Notes under the pieces: generated by a model
The model's database searches: none
What the model saw: only the letters and a program-made list of their open reading frames with translations
What the model was told of the DNA's origin: nothing
Translations under genes and position numbers: made by a program
Shown: piece after piece, positions 1 to 9,171 of the stretch
Layout of the letters: every line of letters starts with the position of its first letter
Position numbering within the stretch: position 1 is the stretch's first letter
NCBI GenBank assembly: GCA_027623675.1
Contig: JAQBVF010000035.1
Location: 1 to 30,057 of the forward strand
Length of the DNA stretch: 30,057 nucleotides
Source of the DNA: Chloroflexota bacterium
GTDB lineage: Bacteria; Chloroflexota; Dehalococcoidia; Lucifugimonadales; UBA3495
Direction: 5' to 3'

Positions 1-320
1 ATCGCCGGGCGTTTTCAAGCGGATATTCCCGGCATAGGGCGGAATATAGGCCGGAAATAAGCACTGTTCGAGATCGATTTCGAGCAGTTCGGATGGGCGC
101 AACTTGCCATGTAGCCGGTTGTGCCCATTTTGGTGCAATGTCAGTTGGTAGTTGACCGGAAATCGCTGATAAATAAAACTAAATTCGAGCTAATCATTAG
201 TAATTTAGCATAAACACACTTAAATGACTCCTGGCCGCCTCTTGGACCAGGCACGGGTTTTGCGGAAGGGCGGGAAATAGACCCTAAGATGACATAAAAT
301 AGGGGTTTGAAGGCCGTGTT

Positions 321-353
321 TTTGAGGCTAATTAGCCTCAAATCTGCTATAAT
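321..353 (+). promoter_or_regulatory. gyrB promoter (extended -10 TGcTATAAT) overlapped by a perfect 22-bp palindrome
   Basis: TG at 345-346 and TATAAT at 348-353. TTTGAGGCTAATTAGCCTCAAA (321-342) is its own reverse complement and covers the -35/spacer region. Confidence 0.65.
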
Positions 354-516
354 AGGTGTAGTCTGAATCGTATCAGACCCACTGTTTCAAAGCCCCGGCC
401 CCACACGTGTTTCTTCTCTTGCAGAACCCATGCCCATCCGGCGAATGTGTGCGGCGAAACTACCGGCGAGTCCTTGGGTATTGGCCCAACGCCAGTCCAA
501 AAAATATCAACGGTGA

Positions 517-2460
<1,944 letters not shown>

Positions 2461-2476
2461 CACTTCTAACACCCCC

Positions 2477-2503
2477 AAGACGGTCGAGATGCGGCCGTCT
2501 TTT
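2477..2503 (+). terminator. probable intrinsic terminator after gyrB
   Basis: AAGACGGTCG-agatg-CGGCCGTCTT hairpin ending in a short T run. Confidence 0.55.
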
Positions 2504-2530
2504 GGAAACTGGGCCAACTTGGTTTATAAT
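2502..2530 (+). promoter_or_regulatory. sigma70-type promoter of rpsT
   Basis: TTGGAA (2502-2507), 17 bp spacer, TATAAT (2525-2530). Confidence 0.7.
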
Positions 2531-2669
2531 AGGCGCGTTGGCTTTTTATTCGGGTCCGCGCCTATTATTGTTGGGCTCACCGGGACCAATCAACGCCCAA
2601 CTCAATATTACTATCAGACATTCGTCCGGCCGCCACAGCGCCGGCGCAGATAACCAGAGGAGGAGCAAC

Positions 2670-2933
2670 TTGCCCGCAAAGAAGGCAGGCCGTCAGCAGA
2701 TAAAGAGGTCCATACGCACCAGGGGAGACCGCACCGAGACAAGGACGGCCTTGGCCAAGGCGTTGCGCAGCGTGGAATCGGGCGACGTAGCCGAGGCTGA
2801 GACCTCGGTCCGCGAGGCGCTGAGCATCATGGACCGCGCCGTGCAGAAGGGCATCCTGCACAAGAACAACGTGGACCGCCGCAAAGGCCGCCTGGCCGTC
2901 CGCCTCAACAAGATGAAAGCCGCGTCCGCCTGA
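2670..2933 (+). CDS. rpsT: 30S ribosomal protein S20
   Basis: TTG start after AGGAGG. 87-aa basic protein with MDRAVQKGILHKNNVDRRKGRL, the S20 signature. The upstream part of the 2502 ORF is not used. Confidence 0.93.
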   Translation: MPAKKAGRQQIKRSIRTRGDRTETRTALAKALRSVESGDVAEAETSVREALSIMDRAVQKGILHKNNVDRRKGRLAVRLNKMKAASA

Positions 2934-2981
2934 TTTAGAACGCCCGTCCGTTGGCCGTACGGCAACCGGACCGTTCCTGGC

Positions 2982-3021
2982 AAGCCCGTTCTCTTTGAAA
3001 GATAGAGCGGGCTTTTTCTTT
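2982..3021 (+). terminator. intrinsic terminator after rpsT
   Basis: AAGCCCGTTCT...AGAGCGGGCTT stem followed by TTTCTTT. Confidence 0.75.
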
Positions 3022-3073
3022 GTCCGGGGCCCCGTGGGCCTTTCGGTTCGAATCTGCCGGTGACATGGAATCG

Positions 3074-3121
3074 TTGACAGTCAGCGGGGCCTTTGCTAGC
3101 CTGAATTAGAACATAAGTTTT
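3074..3121 (+). promoter_or_regulatory. lexA promoter with LexA (SOS) box
   Basis: TTGACA (3074-3079), 17 bp spacer, TAGCCT (3097-3102) preceded by TG. AGAAC-ATAA-GTTTT (3108-3121) matches the GAAC-N4-GTTC box of Gram-positive/Chloroflexi LexA with one mismatch and sits over +1. Confidence 0.75.
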
Positions 3122-3235
3122 ATGTCAACGGCCGGCTGGCCCATCCGCCCAGTCAAGTCCCAACGGCCCAGGCTGAATGGTACAACCCGGCCAGGGCCGA
3201 CCCTGATCTGACACGATTAGACGCTTAAGGAAGAT

Positions 3236-3889
3236 ATGGTTAGCAAGAAGAAAATGCCGCCCCGGCGCCAACGGATCTTGGAATTCCTGCAGGAGTTCTA
3301 CTCGGTGAACGGCATTCCGCCCACGGTGAGGGACATCCAGAAGGCCTGTGACATCAGTTCCACCTCGGTTGTGGACTACAACCTGGAGAAGTTGGCCCTG
3401 GCCGGTTACATCAACCGGCGGCCGGACGTCGCCCGTGGTATCGAGATCCTGGATCAGGAAGGCCAGCCGGTCTCCAACGCCCCCAGGGTCCAGATAGTCG
3501 GCGCCATCGCGGCCGGTATCCCCATTCCCGCGTGGAGCACCGAGAACGCGGCGTCCAGTGAAGAATTCGACACCGTCGAGATATCCCCGGAACTGCAACG
3601 CCGGCATGGCAAGTTGTTTGGGCTGAAGGTACGCGGGACATCCATGATCGACGCCTTGATCGATGACGGAGACGTGGTGATCGTGAAGCCCGCCAGCGAC
3701 GCCAATAACGGGGAGATGGTGGTTGCTTGGCTCAAGGACAAAGAGGAGACCACGCTAAAGAAATTCTATGCCGAAGGCGCGCAGGTCCGCCTGCAGCCGG
3801 CCAACAGCACCATGGAGCCGATCTATAGCCCTGCTGAAAACGTGGAGGTCCACGGTAAAGTGGTCACCGTGATCAGAAATCTGGGCTGA
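3236..3889 (+). CDS. lexA: SOS transcriptional repressor LexA
   Basis: 217 aa. N-terminal wHTH (PPTVRDI...STSVV), Ala-Gly cleavage site (IAAG), catalytic Ser (GTSMID) and Lys (TTLKK). Confidence 0.96.
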   Translation: MVSKKKMPPRRQRILEFLQEFYSVNGIPPTVRDIQKACDISSTSVVDYNLEKLALAGYINRRPDVARGIEILDQEGQPVSNAPRVQIVGAIAAGIPIPAWSTENAASSEEFDTVEISPELQRRHGKLFGLKVRGTSMIDALIDDGDVVIVKPASDANNGEMVVAWLKDKEETTLKKFYAEGAQVRLQPANSTMEPIYSPAENVEVHGKVVTVIRNLG

Positions 3890-3973
3890 CCGGTCCGGAG
3901 GTGTCATCCGCGGTTTGGCCGCTATGATTGGCCGGTTCGGATCCAAGACCGGAATCAGATTCGCACCCACGAA

Positions 3974-4006
3974 AAAGCCCTGCCGTCCATCAGACGGCAG
4001 GGCTTT
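3974..4006. terminator. bidirectional terminator between lexA and the NrtS-like gene
   Basis: AAAGCCCTGCCGTC-catca-GACGGCAGGGCTTT perfect stem between convergent genes. Confidence 0.85.
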
Positions 4007-4027
4007 CTCGTGGTTACAGGAGTTCGA

Positions 4028-4384
4028 CTAACGGCGGCTGTTAGTTAGCGCCCCGTACGTGGCGACCAAGAAGGGTACGCAGTAAGTAAGCGGTATCTTC
4101 CAGTACATCGCGGACTTCCATTCGCCGGCGAAGAGTATGTCACCCTGGTTCAGCAAAGTCAGGACGGTTCCTACCGTGAGCGCCACCAACAGGGAACGGC
4201 GCACCATGGGGCGGTGGCGAATGGCGCACCTTGAGCATTTGATGATCTCACCGGCGTTGGCGTCGCCTTCGGTGACGGGCTTCTTGAAAGCGAACGACCA
4301 TCCCTTACCAGAGCGGCGCGAGCATAGCTCGCAGGTATTGAATCCCTCGGCTGCCCGAATGTTCGCCGAAACCGGTTGCGCCAT
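4028..4384 (-). CDS. small membrane protein, NrtS-like C-terminal domain with N-terminal CxxC...CxxC
   Basis: GGAG RBS plus ATG. The C-terminal ALTVGTVLTLLNQGD...WKIPLTYCVPFLVATYGA pattern resembles the NrtS family (recognised from memory). CELC and CSRC lie in the N-terminal half. Confidence 0.7.
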   Translation of the reverse strand: MAQPVSANIRAAEGFNTCELCSRRSGKGWSFAFKKPVTEGDANAGEIIKCSRCAIRHRPMVRRSLLVALTVGTVLTLLNQGDILFAGEWKSAMYWKIPLTYCVPFLVATYGALTNSRR

Positions 4385-4468
4385 CGTGGTTTCTCCGGAT
4401 TCAGATCCTTATGGACCCGATGCGGCAGTCATAGTTTTAATGGGCCGATAACTACCGATTGAATCAAG

Positions 4469-4943
4469 GGCGCGTGCCTGGGTGAAGCTCCCGAGCGACG
4501 AACCTGAGCTAGGTAATTGTAGGTGGTGGTAAAAAGGGTGTCAACGAAATCGGGCCGCCCATGGGAAGGTTGAGACCGGTATCCGGTGTGCGAAGTTGTT
4601 TGCGTAGCAGCCCGGATCGCTTCTTGGTCCGCTTGCCAAGAACCAATTCCGGGACCACACCCCGCCGTTGGTAGAGGAGACTGATGGACGATTCTCACAG
4701 CCGCGCTGCTCCCAGCGATGGCGTGCTCTTAACCATCGAGCTGATTCCTTCTCGGGGCGCTGCGCCAAGATCTACAGCGGGGTGGCCTGGACCGGCCTGC
4801 GGGAATCGGAAAAACGTCGAATTCCCGTGGACCCGAGTCCAGCGGCCCACCCGTTCAGGTAGTCAGGCGGTAAACGCCGTGAACCCAAGCCGCGGCGAAG
4901 AAAAGGTCTACGCCTGGTCGGGAGCCAACCCAGGAGGATCGCC
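4469..4943 (+). ncRNA. candidate large structured non-coding RNA, family not recognised
   Basis: No credible ORF. Nested long-range helices (4477-4494/4918-4934, 4502-4509/4853-4860, 4552-4558/4842-4848) and many internal hairpins. G-U wobbles and A-rich loops favour the + strand. Confidence 0.5.
4516..4544 (-). promoter_or_regulatory. near-consensus sigma70 promoter firing towards the NrtS-like gene
   Basis: Minus strand reads TTGACA, 17 nt, TACAAT. Confidence 0.7.
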
Positions 4944-4986
4944 GACCACGTTGGGCTGCCCGATGGCGCGGCAGTTTGGCCTGAGT

Positions 4987-5127
4987 CTACGATTTGCCGA
5001 TGCGAAACACCTTGGTCCCGCACTTCGGGCATACTCCCTGAGTGGCGGGACGGCCGTTCTTCAGAGTGACCTGGCGAGGACCGGATATCTCCCGTTTATC
5101 GCGGCACTTGAAGCAATAGGCTTCCAT
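4987..5127 (-). CDS. 46-aa zinc-ribbon protein, DUF5679-like
   Basis: Hand-translated: MEAYCFKCRDKREISGPRQVTLKNGRPATQGVCPKCGTKVFRIGKS*. Two CxxC pairs and a G-rich RBS. Too short for the ORF track. Confidence 0.88.
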   Translation of the reverse strand: MEAYCFKCRDKREISGPRQVTLKNGRPATQGVCPKCGTKVFRIGKS

Positions 5128-5219
5128 CTTATTTACCCCCAACAATCTCGGTGCGGCCTGGGTGTTAATGTGCGGCGTTTCGAAACATATTTGGCCAGCT
5201 GATTTACGTAACGGAGATA

Positions 5220-5247
5220 ACTATACAAAACAGATGTGGAAAGTCAA
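5220..5247 (-). promoter_or_regulatory. promoter of the DUF5679-like gene
   Basis: Minus strand TTGACT, 16 nt, TATAGT in an AT-rich intergenic region. Confidence 0.55.
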
Positions 5248-5389
5248 GGAAAATAGCTGATATCCCGCCGAATTGATAACTAGAAATGGATGATATTGTT
5301 AATTATCATCATAGGGAAAAAGCCAAATGGGAACGTTTCACGAAAACAACTGGGGGCAAATTACGCCGGGACGTGGAGCCGAAGACCGG

Positions 5390-6358
5390 TTATACGGAGG
5401 CCGGGGCGTAGGGGGAGGGCGGGCCGGATTGGAAGACCTTGACTGGCTGCCAAGAGTTGGCCGGGCGGTCGAAGCGGACCAATGCTAGAAAAACCCCTTC
5501 GGAGTTGTAGGCCCGGCATTCTTCCAGGTAACCGGCTTCCAACTCGGGGCGGCCCAAGGTCACAGCCTGGCCATTGCGTAGATGTTCTTCCGCCTGCGGG
5601 CTCAGGGTGATGCTTTTGAGACCCCTCACGACCCAATCAACCGGGAACAAGTGTTTCCGCCAACCATCGGGGCCGTCGCCTGCCTCTTCCAGTTCTTCAA
5701 GCGTGACCGACTCCTCGACCGTGAATCCGCCGCAGAGCGTGCGGACCAGGTCGGCAACATGGCCGCCGCACCCCAGGGCTTCGCCCACGTCATGGGCCAG
5801 CGATCGCATGTAGGTGCCGCCGCCGCATTCCACGTCCAGAACCAATCTGGGGGAGGAGAACTCCACGATCTGGATGTCGAAGATCTCCACCTGGCGGGCT
5901 TTCCGCTCGACCTCGATCCCGGCGCGGGCCAGCTTGTAGAGCCGTTCGCCATCGACCTTGAGGGCGCTGTACATGGGCGGGGTCTGGTCCACTAGGCCGA
6001 TCCAAGGCCGCAGACTCTCCTTAACCATCGCTTCCGTGACACCCTGGGGGTCTCCTGTCTTGACTACCTCGCCCTCGGCGTCATAGGTGCTGGTGGCAAT
6101 ACCCAAAGTCACGTCCACCCGGTACCGCTTGACGCCGCCGACGATGTGGTCCATCAACCTGGTCGCCTGGCCGAAGCACACCGGCAGCACGCCCTGGGCC
6201 AGCGGGTCCATGGTGCCGCCGTGCCCGACCTTTTTTCGCTGGCCGGTGATGCGCTTGATCTGGCGCAGGGCTTCCATGGAGGTTATCCCGGGGGGCTTGA
6301 ACAGATTGACGAAGCCGTTCTCCGCCGGCGGCCTGGGGTTAGTCTGGGCTGTGGCCAC
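5390..6358 (-). CDS. truB: tRNA pseudouridine(55) synthase TruB
   Basis: KVGHGGTMDPLAQGVL (catalytic Asp), PPMYSALKVDG, CGGGTYMRSLAHD. Start placed at the GTG 1 nt after the rbfA stop. Starts at 6409 or 6418 are alternatives. Confidence 0.93.
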   Translation of the reverse strand: MATAQTNPRPPAENGFVNLFKPPGITSMEALRQIKRITGQRKKVGHGGTMDPLAQGVLPVCFGQATRLMDHIVGGVKRYRVDVTLGIATSTYDAEGEVVKTGDPQGVTEAMVKESLRPWIGLVDQTPPMYSALKVDGERLYKLARAGIEVERKARQVEIFDIQIVEFSSPRLVLDVECGGGTYMRSLAHDVGEALGCGGHVADLVRTLCGGFTVEESVTLEELEEAGDGPDGWRKHLFPVDWVVRGLKSITLSPQAEEHLRNGQAVTLGRPELEAGYLEECRAYNSEGVFLALVRFDRPANSWQPVKVFQSGPPSPYAPASV

Positions 6359-6359
6359 G

Positions 6360-6788
6360 CTAACTGCCGTCCACGACGCCGGAGTTTCGAGCGTCTGGGT
6401 TTTCCCCATCGGCCTCATCGGACCTAAGGCTGTCCGGGCCCGAGTCGGCGGCCCGGACCTTGTTCATTGCCTGAATCACGTGGTCGGCCTCAAGGATCGA
6501 GTCGTCCAGCAGGTAGGTGATGAATGGGGTGTGTCTCATGTTGATGCGGTCCCGCATCTCGCGGCGAAGGAACGACGCAGCCGATTGGATGCCGGCCAAA
6601 GCAGCCTTTTTCGCCTCGGCATTTCCCATCACGCTGATGTAGGCCCTGGCGCTGCGCAGGTCACCGCTCGATTCCACGCGGGTGACGCTGATGATGCCGT
6701 TCAGGCGGGGGTCTTTTATCTCACGCGCTAGCAGCGTGCTAATCTCTACGCGCAACTGTTCGTTGACACGGTCGGTGCGTCGGGACAT
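6360..6788 (-). CDS. rbfA: ribosome-binding factor A
   Basis: MSRRTDRVNEQLR...IKDPRL...SGDLRSARAYIS...MRHTP...DDSI. Canonical position after infB. Confidence 0.94.
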   Translation of the reverse strand: MSRRTDRVNEQLRVEISTLLAREIKDPRLNGIISVTRVESSGDLRSARAYISVMGNAEAKKAALAGIQSAASFLRREMRDRINMRHTPFITYLLDDSILEADHVIQAMNKVRAADSGPDSLRSDEADGENPDARNSGVVDGS

Positions 6789-6833
6789 GGTGGATATACC
6801 TTGTGGCAGCGGTACAGGCAGGAAAGGGGCGGC

Positions 6834-8669
6834 TTAACGCCGACCCCGTTCCTGACGGTGGACTTCCAGAATGTCGCCTTCGTGGTAGTCGTTGAACCCC
6901 TGGAGGATGATGCCGCATTCGGTGCCGGCGTTCATCTCGTTCACTTCGTCGCGGAAGTGACGGATGCTGGTGAGAGTGCCTTCGTGGACGGCGACTCCGT
7001 CCCGCATGACCCGCACGTCGTTGTTCCGGATTACTCGGCCTTCCGAGACACGGCAACCGGCGATCTGGGTCCCGCGGCGGCCTTCGAATATCTCGCGGAC
7101 CTCTGCCCGGCCAACGATCACCTCGGTGTAGACGGGGTCTAGCATGCCGTGGAGGGCCTTTTCAACGTCGTCGATCAATTGGTAGATGATCTCGTAGTGG
7201 CGAATCTCCACGCCCATCCGGTCGGCCAAACGCTCGGCGCTGGGTTCGGCCCCAATGGAGAAGCTGATGACGATGGCCTCTGACGCGCTAGCCAGTAGGA
7301 TGTCTGATTCAGTCACGGCGCCGCTGCCGGTGTGCAATATCCTGACAGTGGCATCTTCGTCGGTGAGCTTTTCCAATGCGCCGCGGACCGCCTCCACGCT
7401 GCCTTGGACGTCGGCCTTGACCACCAGGTTCAGTTCTTTAACATCGTCACTGTCGACCTGGTTGACCACCTCCTCAAGTGTGAGGGCACGGGTCTGCCCG
7501 GTCCGGCCGCCGCGGGTTTTCACGTTCTCGCTGGCCAAGATGCGGGCGTCTTTCTCGGAGGGCGCCACGCTGAGTTGGTCGCCAGCTTCGGGCAGTGAGC
7601 CGAATCCCAGTACCTCGGCGGGTGAACCGGGTGGCACTTCCTGCACGGCGATCCCCTGGTCGTTGGTCATCGCTTTGACCCGGCCAAAGGTGCTGCCGGC
7701 GGAGATGAAATCGCCGATCCTCAGGGTGCCGTCCTGCACCAGAATGGTGGCGCTGGGACCGCGTTTCCGGTCTAGTTTGGCTTCAATGACCACGCCCTGG
7801 GCCGGTTTGTTGGGGTTGGCCTTGAGCTCGGATATCTCGGCCACCAGCAATATGTTCTCGAGAAGGGCGTCGATGCCGGCGCCGGTTTTGGCCGAGACGT
7901 CCACGGAGATGATGTCGCCGCCCCAATCTTCAACGAGAAGTTCCTGCTCGCTGAGTTGGCGCTTCACTCTCTCCGGGTCCGCGCCGGGAAGGTCCATCTT
8001 GTTGATGGCGACCACGATGGGGACCTTGGCAGCCTTGGCGTGGTTGATTGCTTCCAGCGTCTGCGGCATCAGACCGTCGTCCGCGGCCACGACCAATACT
8101 GCGATGTCGGTGACGCGGGCCCCCCTGGCCCTGATGGCCGTGAAAGCGGCGTGACCCGGCGTGTCCAGGAAGGTTATGGGGTGGCCGCCGGACTCCACCT
8201 GGTAGGCGCCGATGTGCTGGGTGATGCCGCCGACTTCCCGGTCGGCGACCTTGGAATTCTTGATCGAGTCCAAGAGCGAAGTCTTGCCGTGGTCAACGTG
8301 GCCCAGGACCGTAACCACCGGCGGGCGGCTGACAAGAGATGCCTCGTCATCGGCGATCGCCCCTTCTGGGGCCGGGCCCTTGGCGGCGGTGGGCCCTTCG
8401 GCCATGCTGGTGCGGATACCCAGCGCGGTCGAAACTACGGTGGCCACTTGATAATCGATCACCTGGTTCATGGACGCCATGATCCCGTTGCGCATCAATT
8501 GTTTGATAACGTCAATCGGGTTTTGGTTCAACACTTCAGCCAAGAATTGGACCGTCATCGTCTCAGGGAGGACGAGGGCGCGTGTCTGTGTCCGCCTTTC
8601 GGCCGCCTTACGGGGTCTGGCTTCGCTGTCTGCGTTGTCCACTGTGGCTGGTCGTCCGTCAGAAGTCAT
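6834..8669 (-). CDS. infB: translation initiation factor IF-2
   Basis: [54 protein letters not shown]. Confidence 0.98.
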   Translation of the reverse strand: MTSDGRPATVDNADSEARPRKAAERRTQTRALVLPETMTVQFLAEVLNQNPIDVIKQLMRNGIMASMNQVIDYQVATVVSTALGIRTSMAEGPTAAKGPAPEGAIADDEASLVSRPPVVTVLGHVDHGKTSLLDSIKNSKVADREVGGITQHIGAYQVESGGHPITFLDTPGHAAFTAIRARGARVTDIAVLVVAADDGLMPQTLEAINHAKAAKVPIVVAINKMDLPGADPERVKRQLSEQELLVEDWGGDIISVDVSAKTGAGIDALLENILLVAEISELKANPNKPAQGVVIEAKLDRKRGPSATILVQDGTLRIGDFISAGSTFGRVKAMTNDQGIAVQEVPPGSPAEVLGFGSLPEAGDQLSVAPSEKDARILASENVKTRGGRTGQTRALTLEEVVNQVDSDDVKELNLVVKADVQGSVEAVRGALEKLTDEDATVRILHTGSGAVTESDILLASASEAIVISFSIGAEPSAERLADRMGVEIRHYEIIYQLIDDVEKALHGMLDPVYTEVIVGRAEVREIFEGRRGTQIAGCRVSEGRVIRNNDVRVMRDGVAVHEGTLTSIRHFRDEVNEMNAGTECGIILQGFNDYHEGDILEVHRQERGRR

Positions 8670-8710
8670 ATATCAGTCCATCGTTAGTTCAGATAGTGGT
8701 TGCCGGTGGT

Positions 8711-9061
8711 TTACCGGGCGATGCTTTCGCCGCTGGTTTGTTCGGCGGCGGTTGCAGTAGCTTCTTGGGTGCGTTCTTGGGTGCTTTCTTGGATATGCTC
8801 GTGGAAGTAGGCCCTTAGCGGTTCCAAGTCTTGAGAGGAGAGGTCCGGGCCCAGGCTGCGGCCCAAAGACCCTTTCTCCAATGCCCGCTGCCAGCATCCC
8901 GGGACCCGGCATAGGTAGGCGCCTCTGCCTGGCGCCGATCCGGTTGCGTCCACTGCGGCTGGACCCTGGCTGGTCCGGACCACCCGGACGAGTTGCGACT
9001 TGGGCATCTTAACGCCGCAGGCGACACAACTGCGTTCGGGGATATGGCGTGTTTTAGGCAA
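8711..9061 (-). CDS. ylxR: YlxR/DUF448 family RNA-binding protein
   Basis: HIPERSCVACG...LVRVVR...GRGAYLC...C. Lies between nusA and infB. The TTG at 9061 is 6 nt after AGGAGGA. Confidence 0.9.
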   Translation of the reverse strand: MPKTRHIPERSCVACGVKMPKSQLVRVVRTSQGPAAVDATGSAPGRGAYLCRVPGCWQRALEKGSLGRSLGPDLSSQDLEPLRAYFHEHIQESTQERTQEATATAAEQTSGESIAR

Positions 9062-9171
9062 GTGCAATCCTCCTGAGAACTACCAAATGAATCCAGGTGA
9101 CGGGTATCTGCCGGCGAGCAGTCGCCGAGAACCGTCCACTGGAGCCGTCCCAAGAAGGGTTGAGGAAGGGT

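Noticed and set aside
1..341. Possible minus-strand gene start near 138 running off the left edge, and the 141-341 ORF
   Set aside because: No clear RBS or recognisable sequence. The region looks like AT-rich promoter DNA and cannot be judged without more sequence.
2502..2669. N-terminal extensions in the ORF track for rpsT, and similarly for rrf2 (15427), GNAT (20559) and SBP paralog 2 (25531)
   Set aside because: They overlap promoters or neighbouring genes, or lack an RBS. Downstream starts have better RBS placement and match family lengths.
3044..3056. GGTTCGAATC resembling a tRNA T-loop
   Set aside because: Only about 3 bp of T-stem can form, with no acceptor stem, anticodon arm or CCA.
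4469..4943. RNase P RNA, tmRNA, SRP RNA, group II intron or MITE as the identity of the structured segment
   Set aside because: No GAGGAAAGUCC/AGAACCCGGCUUA, no tRNA-like ends, no SRP CAGG...GGAAGCAG core and no domain V. The terminal pairing is interrupted and has no target-site duplication.
4541..5202. ORFs 4541-4768, 4668-4862, 4684-5202 and 4772-5032
   Set aside because: Atypical composition, no family motifs, and mutual overlap. Two of them also overlap the DUF5679-like gene.
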